IMG/VR virus record: IMGVR_UViG_3300011008_001623
Location: 4,412 to 68,411 of that record
Strand: one strand, 5' to 3'
Origin: a virus
Lineage: Duplodnaviria > Caudoviricetes
DNA: 64,000 bases
In this document: positions 45,445-54,352 of the stretch, in pieces
Layout of the letters: every line of letters starts with the position of its first letter
Position numbering within the stretch: the stretch's first letter is position 1
Notes under the pieces: generated by a model
The model's database searches: none
Told to the model about the DNA's origin: nothing
The model's input: only the letters and a program-made list of their open reading frames with translations
Translations under genes and position numbers: made by a program

Positions 45445-48003
45445 ATGAACAAACCAGTTGCCGGCGCTGAATTCAGAAAATATGGTCTGCTTGGTGAAGA
45501 ATTAAAAGTAACACCAACTTCCACTCCAAGTATGACTGTGCGCGTAAATCCTGGTATATTCTATGATAATTCCGGAAATTTAATAGAATTCGAAGGTGGA
45601 ACGTCTAGCACAATTTTACCGCCTGCCAGTGGATATAAATGGGTAATAATTTCTTTATCACTGCAGGGTACAATTTTAATTTCTTCTGGTGAAATTAAAA
45701 ATAAAGCTCCAGAATTGCCAAAGATTGAGAAGAATCAGCTTCCATTAGCTGCAATTTATGTCGGTGCAAATATGACCGCCGTTTATGAAAATGATATCTG
45801 TGATATTAGACCGCTCTTCAAGTCGGGCGCGTTCCCTGGCGATCATACGTTACTTGAAAATCGTAATCTTCCTGATGCACATACAATTGCTGCTATTACT
45901 GGACTTCAAGACGCTTTAGATAAACGTGTTACTTTAGATGCTTTTACGCAGTATGATGAAAAAGTAAATAACCTTTCTGGTACGAATTCTCCAGTATTTA
46001 TGTTAAATCAAATTCAATCTGGTGCTCCTACTGCTAATGCTGCTATTGTAGTAAAACGTGGTACTGAACCAGATGCAGTTATCCGGTTTAACGAAAGTAA
46101 AGAAAAATGGGAATTTACCAATAATGGTATTGATTGGAATATTATTCCTAACTTCGTGGATATTGATGGTTCTCTTCGTCCTGCCTCTGCTACTAATGAC
46201 GGTGTTGTTCAACTGAGTGTTGACCCAGTTGGTCCAGCAATTGCAGTTGGTGATAATGACCCACGTTTAGCAAGAATTGCGGAAAAAGCAGATAAAGTTG
46301 ATGTTTATGTAAAATCTGAAGTTGATGATAAATTATCTACTAAGATTGAAAAAGCTGATACATATTCTCGTGAAGTAATTGATAATATGTTAGATGGCAA
46401 ATTAGATGTAGGTAATGCTTATACGGATGCTCAGATTGATGCACTGCTTCGTGGAAAGTTAAATGTTGGAGATGCATATCTGAAAGCAGAAAGTGATAAT
46501 CAATTAATTGAAAAAGCTGATAAGACAGATACTTATACAAAATCTGAAACCAATGCATTACTTGATGAAAAAGCAAATGTAAGTGATGTATATGTAAAAA
46601 ATGATACGTATACAAAAGATGAAGTAGATGCAAAATTAGCTCAAGCAAATGAAAGAATCACTGTAAACGCAGAACAGATTGCATTAAAAGCTACTGCGGA
46701 AAATGTTTATACAAAAGAAGAAATTGATTCTACTACTGACGCAATCAATACTTCAATTGCAGGATTAACAACTGATTTAACTAATTACATTGCAATTAAT
46801 GATATCGCAGTTAATAGTAAAATTGATGCAGATAAAGTTTATGACAAAGAAGCAATTAATGAAATTCTTGGATTAGACAAAGATGCTGATGCTACCACTG
46901 AACCTGCAAAATATGCTTTGGCTGAAGATGTAGAAAATGCATTAAATGGAAAAGCAAGTGTTGAGCAATATGAACAAGTTGAAGATAAGGTTGAAGGATT
47001 AAGTGATTCTGTTCGTGATGTTCTTGTTAATGTAATACCTACTATTGTTACTCAAACAGAATATCAAGCTAAAAATAATGAAGTAGCTGCAAATATTAAT
47101 GCTATTAATGCTACAGTAGCTGCAAATCAAACAGACGTAAATGCTTATAAAGCGGTGAATGACGCAGCTGTAGCAAGCAAAGTAGCAATCAGCGATTTCA
47201 ATTCTTATCAGAATGAAGTATCTCAGAAATTTGATACTAAATTAGATAATATTGATTTTAATCAATTTAAAGATGCTAATGATGATGTATTAGCTACTAA
47301 AGTAGCAAATTCTGATTTTGATTCATATAAAAATGAAGTATCTCAGAAGTTCGATACTAAACTTGATATTACTGACTTTAATCAGTTTAAAGAAGATAAT
47401 GATGATGCAATTGATGCTAAAGTTGCTCAGACTGATTATAACGCTTATAAGAATGAAGTATCTCAGAAATTTGATACAAAGTTAGATATCATTGATTTCA
47501 ATAACTTTAAGTCTGATAATGACGATGCGTTAAATACGAAAGCTAATACGACTGACGTAAATACTGCATTAGATACTAAAGTTAATAATGCTGATTTCAA
47601 TTCTTATAAGAATGAAGTGTCACAGAAATTCGATACTAAATTAGATATTATTGACTTTAATAATTTTAAATCTGATAATGATGACGTTTTAACTGCGAAA
47701 GTAGAAACTTCTGATTTTGAAGATTATAAAACTGCTGTTGATGCACTTATTGCTTCTAAAGCTGATACGTCTGCTCTTAATGCATATAAAACTGATAACG
47801 ATGCAGTTGTTGCTAATAAGTTAAACACCACTATATTTGAAGCTTATAAAGCAGATAATGATGCAGCTGTTGCAACAAAAGCTAACAGTGACGATGTTTA
47901 TACGAAATCTGAAACGTATACTCGTGATGAAATTCAGGCTTTGATTGACAATGCTGTAGCAGATGCATTAAATGCTATTCGTGAAGAAATTAATAATGGA
48001 TAA
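45445..48003 (+). CDS. long coiled-coil fibre protein
   Basis: 852 aa; KAD/YTKxEVD repeats and a 40-aa repeat. Confidence 0.75.
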   Translation: MNKPVAGAEFRKYGLLGEELKVTPTSTPSMTVRVNPGIFYDNSGNLIEFEGGTSSTILPPASGYKWVIISLSLQGTILISSGEIKNKAPELPKIEKNQLPLAAIYVGANMTAVYENDICDIRPLFKSGAFPGDHTLLENRNLPDAHTIAAITGLQDALDKRVTLDAFTQYDEKVNNLSGTNSPVFMLNQIQSGAPTANAAIVVKRGTEPDAVIRFNESKEKWEFTNNGIDWNIIPNFVDIDGSLRPASATNDGVVQLSVDPVGPAIAVGDNDPRLARIAEKADKVDVYVKSEVDDKLSTKIEKADTYSREVIDNMLDGKLDVGNAYTDAQIDALLRGKLNVGDAYLKAESDNQLIEKADKTDTYTKSETNALLDEKANVSDVYVKNDTYTKDEVDAKLAQANERITVNAEQIALKATAENVYTKEEIDSTTDAINTSIAGLTTDLTNYIAINDIAVNSKIDADKVYDKEAINEILGLDKDADATTEPAKYALAEDVENALNGKASVEQYEQVEDKVEGLSDSVRDVLVNVIPTIVTQTEYQAKNNEVAANINAINATVAANQTDVNAYKAVNDAAVASKVAISDFNSYQNEVSQKFDTKLDNIDFNQFKDANDDVLATKVANSDFDSYKNEVSQKFDTKLDITDFNQFKEDNDDAIDAKVAQTDYNAYKNEVSQKFDTKLDIIDFNNFKSDNDDALNTKANTTDVNTALDTKVNNADFNSYKNEVSQKFDTKLDIIDFNNFKSDNDDVLTAKVETSDFEDYKTAVDALIASKADTSALNAYKTDNDAVVANKLNTTIFEAYKADNDAAVATKANSDDVYTKSETYTRDEIQALIDNAVADALNAIREEINNG
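47180..47720 (+). repeat. four copies of a 120-bp (40 aa) repeat
   Basis: EVSQKFDTKLD encoded at 47215, 47335, 47455 and 47614. Confidence 0.9.
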
Positions 48004-48036
48004 TAAAAAAAGGAGAGTTTATCTCTCCTTTTTTCT

Positions 48037-48132
48037 GTAATAAGAAAAGCAAGTTTCTTTGTAATAAGAAAAACGAGTTTCTTTATATAAGAAAGACAAT
48101 CTTGCTTTGTAATAAGAAAAATGTAATAAGAA
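48037..48132. repeat. intergenic 24-bp tandem repeat
   Basis: GTAATAAGAAAA at 48037, 48061, variant at 48085, 48109, and partial at 48123. Confidence 0.8.
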
Positions 48133-48410
48133 TTTGTATTATTATTTAATTGATTAAATTATTCGTACCTTTTTCCTCCTCTATTTTTTAATTAAACACG
48201 TTTTTCACCAATTTCTGCTGAGTTATTACCGTGTAATTGCCTATTATAAAACAAAATGCAATAAATATTTAGATTATGTAATAATATTTATGATATGAAA
48301 AACACGTTTTAATAAAAAAAGAAAAATAAAAAAGGATAAAAATAAAAATATATATTTTTCATGATTATTTTTTTAATAAACATAATAACTCAGCAGAAGG
48401 AGGACAAAAA

Positions 48411-49274
48411 ATGAGCTTAAACCTTAACGATGTTGTCACGGATGGCTCTGCAAAATTTCAAGTTGTAAAAAACGCTACAACTAACGATATAACTAATGCA
48501 ATAGATAATTTTAAAAATAAAGTGGGATATCGACAAAAAAATAAAACATATGCAATAGGAGATATAGCATATCACAGTGATTTGCCGACTGGTTGTTATC
48601 TTGAGTGTACTACAGCAGGTACGACAAGTAGCGGTGATTTGGTGATTAGCAGTCCAAGCATTGGAAGCACGATGACAGACGGAACAGTAACGTGGACAGT
48701 AGGCAAAATATTTAGTTTACTTCTTAGTCCAAGCTTCTTAGACTTAAATGATTACAATATGCCAGGTGTTTATAATATCAATAGAAACACAGGTAAGCAG
48801 AATATTCCGGATGGAATGAATTATGGCTTAATGCAGGTTTTGTCAAATGGAGTTTCTTTTGATAAAGCACAATTCATAATATCCCGTAATAATAGTATGC
48901 ACTATAGAGGATATAGTGCATATGGAACATGGAATCCTTGGTTGCAAAATGAGGCTATCGTCACAAAATCCCTCAGTGGTGCAAATGGCTATATCAAGTA
49001 TGCTAGTGGGTTGATTATGCAGTGGGGAACGAATGATATGGCACAAAATTGGGATGCAAATAATAATATAATAACAATAACATTTCCCATTAGCTTTATT
49101 ACTTCACGCACAGTGGTGGTAAGTCATAACGACGCAGAGGATGCAAATACGAATGTACTTATATCTTCTAAAAATGCACAAAATCCTTTATCAAGTTGTG
49201 TTTTTAGAAGATATTCAGTAGATGGTGCAAATCAATTTTATGGCGAGTTTCATTGGATCGCAATTGGTTACTAA
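48411..49274 (+). CDS. tail fibre distal/receptor-binding protein (pyocin-knob and gp53-like C-terminal domains)
   Basis: LECTTAGTT...TDGTVTW, DLNDYNMPGVY, NGYIKYASGLIMQWG, WIAIGY. Confidence 0.8.
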   Translation: MSLNLNDVVTDGSAKFQVVKNATTNDITNAIDNFKNKVGYRQKNKTYAIGDIAYHSDLPTGCYLECTTAGTTSSGDLVISSPSIGSTMTDGTVTWTVGKIFSLLLSPSFLDLNDYNMPGVYNINRNTGKQNIPDGMNYGLMQVLSNGVSFDKAQFIISRNNSMHYRGYSAYGTWNPWLQNEAIVTKSLSGANGYIKYASGLIMQWGTNDMAQNWDANNNIITITFPISFITSRTVVVSHNDAEDANTNVLISSKNAQNPLSSCVFRRYSVDGANQFYGEFHWIAIGY

Positions 49275-49401
49275 AAGTTTTTTATAAACTATACTAATAG
49301 ATGAGTTAGATGCACTAATAAACAAATGTTTATATTTCATAGTCTTCAATAAAAAATGGTAACAAGAATTATGTGTTCTCATTACCGTTTTTTTACTATT
49401 A

Positions 49402-49779
49402 TTATTTAAACCCTTTTAAATTGAAAACATTTTTATTTGCTTCAACTAACGTTTTTCTAATGTTGACAAACAATGTATCAATTCTTAAATGTTTTGCTAA
49501 ATGTTTATGTAAATCGCCATTTTTAGTATGCCATTTCATAACAATTCTCACTGCGTCATTTCCATTATTTCTCATTTCACCAGTTTTTATAGATACACTG
49601 GAATAAATTAAAATCTTTACTGCTGAATTTTTAGTATTAATTTGATAAACATATTCGTTTGTATCTGGAATTTGATTGGTGACATCTTGAGGAAATGATA
49701 GACCATAAGTTTCTGAAATTTTAAACAGCGTATTGATAAACTGTTGTTTTGTAAATTTTCTAAATTTCATGTTTATCAC
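49402..49779 (-). CDS. hypothetical protein
   Basis: 125 aa, AGGAGTGA RBS. Confidence 0.75.
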   Translation of the reverse strand: MINMKFRKFTKQQFINTLFKISETYGLSFPQDVTNQIPDTNEYVYQINTKNSAVKILIYSSVSIKTGEMRNNGNDAVRIVMKWHTKNGDLHKHLAKHLRIDTLFVNIRKTLVEANKNVFNLKGFK

Positions 49780-49786
49780 TCCTTTT

Positions 49787-49999
49787 TCACTCTATCCAAT
49801 CATCATAAATATAAATACTTTTTTCACTTGCATCAAAAATTAATTCGTGTCCAGTGGCTTCTTGTAATTTAATTAAATCTTCTAATGTTTTTAATTTAAT
49901 CACACTATTTTTAAATTTGAATGGTTTTAATGTTTTAGCGTATTTTCTTTCAAAAGAATCTTGGGAACGGTACTTTGCACTGTAAATCTTAAATTCCAT
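49787..49999 (-). CDS. hypothetical protein
   Basis: 70 aa, AGGAGA RBS. Confidence 0.75.
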   Translation of the reverse strand: MEFKIYSAKYRSQDSFERKYAKTLKPFKFKNSVIKLKTLEDLIKLQEATGHELIFDASEKSIYIYDDWIE

Positions 50000-50011
50000 T
50001 CTAATCTCTCC

Positions 50012-50341
50012 TTATTTTTTTACTTCACTTAAAGCTTTTTCTAAATCGTTTATTTCTTCTTTTTTCTTATTGATTTGATTTTCTAATGCTTTTGCAATTG
50101 TTAATTTTGCCTGCATAACATCATATTCATTATTTTTGCAAAATACGAACATATTACAGAAATCATCATCGTAATGGTAAAGTAAATCATTTAATCCAAA
50201 TTGATAAATCCCATGCATTCCATAAATATTTCTTAAAAATTCAAAGAAAACTCCTTCATCATCTATGATTTTTGCATCAAATAAATCTGTAACATAATTG
50301 TTTTCAAAAATGCCTACCATAAAAAGTTCTATTGTTTTCAT
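50012..50341 (-). CDS. hypothetical protein
   Basis: 109 aa, AAGGAGA RBS. Confidence 0.75.
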   Translation of the reverse strand: MKTIELFMVGIFENNYVTDLFDAKIIDDEGVFFEFLRNIYGMHGIYQFGLNDLLYHYDDDFCNMFVFCKNNEYDVMQAKLTIAKALENQINKKKEEINDLEKALSEVKK

Positions 50342-50368
50342 CTTAATCTCTCCTTTCTTTATGATTTT

Positions 50369-50432
50369 ATTATACCATAGATATACAAATTTGTAAATAG
50401 CTATTTACATTTTCTTTGCATTATGGTATAAT
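50369..50432. promoter_or_regulatory. back-to-back divergent early promoters
   Basis: Perfect palindrome TGTAAATAGCTATTTACA (50392-50409); each arm is TTTACA-N17-TATAAT with a TG extension. Confidence 0.85.
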
Positions 50433-50459
50433 GGAATCAAGGTAAAGGAGGTTTTTGTC

Positions 50460-50675
50460 ATGGTTATCGTTGACTTAGTTCAATATGCAAAAGAAGCAGA
50501 AGAATATCGAGTACAAAAAAGAATCAAAGAAATTGACCAAGCAGAGCGGCTTTTGAAATTAAGTAATCTCCATAAACCAAAAGACCAAAAACAAGTCATA
50601 TTCAAACAAGCATTACGACAATATTGTTTGAAAGTTTTGTTTGGAGTAGAAAAAGGAGAACAATACCGTGAATAA
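50460..50675 (+). CDS. hypothetical protein
   Basis: 71 aa, AGGAGG RBS. Confidence 0.75.
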   Translation: MVIVDLVQYAKEAEEYRVQKRIKEIDQAERLLKLSNLHKPKDQKQVIFKQALRQYCLKVLFGVEKGEQYRE

Positions 50676-51048
50676 TTATGTCAAATACAATCCAAATGAA
50701 AAACAAAAGCATGCAGGAGATTGCGTAATAAGAGCATTATGCAAAGCATTAAATAAAACATGGTTAGAAGTATTTGATTTATTAGTAAATGAAGCAAGAA
50801 AACAACAACGTATCATATCTGAAAAAGAGGTATATGAACAAATATTGTTTGAACATGGATTTATATACAATAAAATATCAAATAAAAAGGGATCTAAGCG
50901 ACCTAGGGTTTTTGAAAAAGCAAAAGAATCTACGACCCCAATAGTCATGAATGTAGCAAATCATATAGTAACAGCAGAAAATGGAAAGTACTACGATATT
51001 TGGGATAGTGGAAATCGTTGTTTATATGGCTACTATACGAAAGGATGA
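50668..51048 (+). CDS. hypothetical protein with possible papain-like Cys/His/Asp triad
   Basis: GDCVIRA, HIV and YYDIWDS motifs. Confidence 0.6.
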   Translation: MNNYVKYNPNEKQKHAGDCVIRALCKALNKTWLEVFDLLVNEARKQQRIISEKEVYEQILFEHGFIYNKISNKKGSKRPRVFEKAKESTTPIVMNVANHIVTAENGKYYDIWDSGNRCLYGYYTKG

Positions 51049-51118
51049 TGTTCATGAAACAAATTATATTATTCAGTCAACAGTTATTGTAAACCATTAT
51101 AATAAAGGAGTGATTAAT

Positions 51119-51910
51119 ATGACAAAACGTGACTTCAATGTCGATATCTTTATTAATAATGTCGAATATTTTTGTAAAAAATATAATATAAAAATTGGTA
51201 CACTGGAACAGCGGTGTGGAGTAAGTTCAGGTTATTTTTCTCGAATTTGTAGTAAGGATGGACAAAAAATTCCTAAAATGAATGTTGCCTTAGCTGTCGC
51301 AACAAATCTGAAAGTACCCTTGGAAATTCTTGCACAGGCGGATTTTAGCAATGCCATTAGCGAAACGGAACAACTTCTTTTAGAATACATTACAGAACTA
51401 ATGAACAATACGAATCGTAAAAATATTCACTGGAAAAAAATTCCAGTTGAAAATATCACTAGTGATGAAGAGTTAAAAAACGCATTCCGTGATGAAAAAT
51501 TTGCCTCGCCTTTTCAATATAATGCTATAGGAGCAACTGTTATCCCGTGGAGTAGCCAGACACTCGAAAATAAAACACCCTTGATTGAAACATTGTATAG
51601 TACTACGTTAGGTGAACGCATTCTTTACTTTGTGGGCGGAGTCTGCTTACCTTACAATTTGTTAGCAATTAATTATCTAGCTCAAAATTCTGATCATTTT
51701 TATGGTATATGGCTATATACTGAGGGTCAGCTTTACCGTATGACTTATGCACAACCAGATTCTTCAGCGCTTATATTTGGGGCATTACAATCTCTTGACA
51801 CAGCAGCTACTTATACCAACGACAGTTGCGAAACCAAAAACATGGCTCCAGCAGTCGAACAAGCCATTGAAGACCTTCTTAAAAAATCCGCTCTTCACCA
51901 AGGTGTTTAA
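51119..51910 (+). CDS. XRE-family HTH transcriptional regulator with C-terminal domain of unknown function
   Basis: ATG 51119 after AAGGAG; IGTLEQRCGVSSGYFSRI...VATNLKVPLEIL. Confidence 0.75.
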   Translation: MTKRDFNVDIFINNVEYFCKKYNIKIGTLEQRCGVSSGYFSRICSKDGQKIPKMNVALAVATNLKVPLEILAQADFSNAISETEQLLLEYITELMNNTNRKNIHWKKIPVENITSDEELKNAFRDEKFASPFQYNAIGATVIPWSSQTLENKTPLIETLYSTTLGERILYFVGGVCLPYNLLAINYLAQNSDHFYGIWLYTEGQLYRMTYAQPDSSALIFGALQSLDTAATYTNDSCETKNMAPAVEQAIEDLLKKSALHQGV

Positions 51911-51968
51911 AAAATTTAGAAGAATAAGAAAAACAAACTTCTTATAATTTATTGATGGAGGAAAATTT

Positions 51969-52487
51969 ATGAATTATTATATAGCTGATACACATTTTGG
52001 ACATGCAAACATTATTCATCTATGCAATCGTCCTTTTCAAAATGTAGATGAAATGGACGATGTCCTAATTAAAAATTGGAATAGTAAAGTAACAAAAAAA
52101 GATACAGTATATATATTAGGAGATTTTGCTTTTAAAAGCAAATCACCATTAGAATACTTGAATCGATTAAATGGAAAAAAAGTCGTAATTCTAGGTAATC
52201 ATGATACAGATATGAGAAAGCATCCAGAAAAATATTCTAATATAGAAATTTATAATTATTTAGAAATTTCAGATCAGATAAAAGATCAAACATATCGATT
52301 AATTTTATTCCATTATCCTCTAGCAGAATGGAATGGATTTTTCCGAAATTCAATCCATTTATATGGACACATTCATAATTCTGTTAATGAAACAAAACAT
52401 ATTATGGATGAAATTCCTAATGCCTACAATGTTGGAGCAGATGTTCAGGGATTTACACCACGAACATTAAACGAAATAATAAAATAA
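51969..52487 (+). CDS. calcineurin-like metallophosphoesterase
   Basis: ADTHFGH, LGDF, GNHD, HYP and GHIH motifs. Confidence 0.9.
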   Translation: MNYYIADTHFGHANIIHLCNRPFQNVDEMDDVLIKNWNSKVTKKDTVYILGDFAFKSKSPLEYLNRLNGKKVVILGNHDTDMRKHPEKYSNIEIYNYLEISDQIKDQTYRLILFHYPLAEWNGFFRNSIHLYGHIHNSVNETKHIMDEIPNAYNVGADVQGFTPRTLNEIIK

Positions 52488-52535
52488 TAATTAAATCCTC
52501 CTTTCTAAAATAAAAATTAGAAAGGAGGATTTTTT

Positions 52536-52730
52536 ATGAGTGATTTTATGATACTATTTACAGATGGGATTTACATTATTTTTTCTATTATATTAGTCGC
52601 TTTTTTAATTTGGGGAATATGCATTTTTTTCATGATTAGAGAATACATTGCATTAAATAAAGAAATAAAAGAAAGAAGAAAAATGATGAATCAGCAAACA
52701 GATAAAATAAATAAGAATATTTTTTTATAA
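52536..52730 (+). CDS. small membrane protein
   Basis: 64 aa, one TM helix, AGGAGG RBS. Confidence 0.7.
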   Translation: MSDFMILFTDGIYIIFSIILVAFLIWGICIFFMIREYIALNKEIKERRKMMNQQTDKINKNIFL

Positions 52731-52745
52731 GGGAGAGATTATTAT

Positions 52746-53036
52746 ATGGCAGAAGCAATGAAAAAACGTGAACTTGTAAAACGTATTGCTGAGAAGATGA
52801 ATATTACTCAGAATGATGCAGAAGATGTATTAAATTCAGTTGTCGACTGTATCAAAGAAGCTTTAAAAGAAGGCGAACGAATTAATCTTAAGGGTTTTGG
52901 AATTTTTGAAGTTCGCGATCGTGCAGCTCATGAAGGACGCAATCCTAAGACAGGTGAAGTCATTCAGATTGCCGCCGCAAAACATCCTGCATTTAAAGTA
53001 AGTGCACAATTTAAGAATTATATTAATGATAAGTAA
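52746..53036 (+). CDS. hup: HU family DNA-binding protein
   Basis: GFGIFEVRDRAAHEGRNPKTGE...PAFK. Confidence 0.95.
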   Translation: MAEAMKKRELVKRIAEKMNITQNDAEDVLNSVVDCIKEALKEGERINLKGFGIFEVRDRAAHEGRNPKTGEVIQIAAAKHPAFKVSAQFKNYINDK

Positions 53037-53088
53037 AAGAGAGATTTATTCTCTCTTTTTTGTCTCCTTTGAAAGGAGTATTTTAGTT

Positions 53089-53412
53089 ATGAAAGGAATT
53101 TTTAATCATGAAAATAACAATTTTATTTGGTACCATTCTACGCTTCGAGGATTAGCTTCTAAGATATTAAAAGAAGGATTGGTAATTAATTCCATTCCTA
53201 CTTTTCAAGAATCACCCGAACCAAGAATCTATGTCTCTACGCATCCATTTACGTCAGATAAAGATTTTATTACGTTTCAAGTGGATTTAAGTAATTTTGA
53301 CGAGCAATATGCTAAATGGCCATTTAATGAAATTAATAAGCCAATTAATCATCGTTGGCAGTTGTGTATTTATAAAAATATTCCTGCTAAATTACTTTCC
53401 CCATTTTCTTAA
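53089..53412 (+). CDS. small ADP-ribosyltransferase-fold-like protein
   Basis: WYHST...ILKEGL, IYVS, IPAKLL; ATG 53089 after AAGGAG. Confidence 0.55.
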   Translation: MKGIFNHENNNFIWYHSTLRGLASKILKEGLVINSIPTFQESPEPRIYVSTHPFTSDKDFITFQVDLSNFDEQYAKWPFNEINKPINHRWQLCIYKNIPAKLLSPFS

Positions 53413-53889
53413 ACGTTTGAATTTAACACTGGCTGTTTTTGCTTCTTCCAGTTTTTCATCAATCAATTCTAATGCAGATGACATATGATTTTCAGTATAC
53501 TCTATAATTAAAGTACCTAAAACATTTTCTTTAATATCATCTACATCACTTTTGCGATCAAATTGGTCAAAATACTGCTGAACTTTTTTATCGCTTCTAG
53601 TGCACATAGTCATTAAATCAGATTTCTGAAAAAATGCTGAAGCTTTGAATTTGATGTCCATAATGATTTCATCACGGCTTTTATTTTTATAATCTGGAGT
53701 AACTTCAAAATAATCTTCAGCTATTTTCCACATTACTTCTTCTTCATTATTGCATTCCATCATTGCAATAATATACTTGTTTAATTTTTCATACAAATAT
53801 TCAAATTGTTGCGAATAAGCTTCTTTAAATAATTTTGCTTTTTTAATTAAATTAGCTAAATATCTTTTTTTTATACAATATTGAGTCAT
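53392..53889 (-). CDS. hypothetical protein with basic motifs at both termini
   Basis: N-terminal KKRYLANLIKKA, C-terminal TASVKFKRLRKWGK. Confidence 0.8.
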   Translation of the reverse strand: MTQYCIKKRYLANLIKKAKLFKEAYSQQFEYLYEKLNKYIIAMMECNNEEEVMWKIAEDYFEVTPDYKNKSRDEIIMDIKFKASAFFQKSDLMTMCTRSDKKVQQYFDQFDRKSDVDDIKENVLGTLIIEYTENHMSSALELIDEKLEEAKTASVKFKRLRKWGK

Positions 53890-53979
53890 TTATTATGCCT
53901 CCTAAAATTTTTTATGACGTAATACCTATTTTTAAAATAGAAGATAAATTTAAAAATAAAAACAAAGAGAGGCAAAAAA

Positions 53980-54336
53980 ATGGCTACAACAAATATTCTA
54001 ACTTCTGTTCCTGAAGATGTTCTAAATGCTGCAAAAATTGCATTAAATAAAGATGTTACGACTGCTAATGACGTTGGTAATGGTGTTATGTTTGGCGGTA
54101 ATCATAGTTATGAAGATGATGACTGGGTAAAGATTGTATATGATGCTGAAGGTAATATCTCTAAAATCACTAAACCACATCCATTCTCAGATACTAGTGA
54201 AGAAGATATCACAAATACAGTATTAGACCAGATTAAAAAAGACAAAAAAGAGAATCAATCAGAAGAAACTGACGAAACTGAAAATCAGCAACAGACAGCT
54301 TCAGTAAAGAAAAAGAGACTGATAAAGAGGAGTTAA
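53980..54336 (+). CDS. acidic protein with C-terminal KKKRLIKRS
   Basis: 118 aa, GAGG RBS. Confidence 0.8.
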   Translation: MATTNILTSVPEDVLNAAKIALNKDVTTANDVGNGVMFGGNHSYEDDDWVKIVYDAEGNISKITKPHPFSDTSEEDITNTVLDQIKKDKKENQSEETDETENQQQTASVKKKRLIKRS

Positions 54337-54352
54337 TTTTAACCCCTCTTTT

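Noticed and set aside
48037-48132. CRISPR mini-array
   Set aside because: Repeats abut directly with no unique spacers of consistent length, and there are no cas genes.
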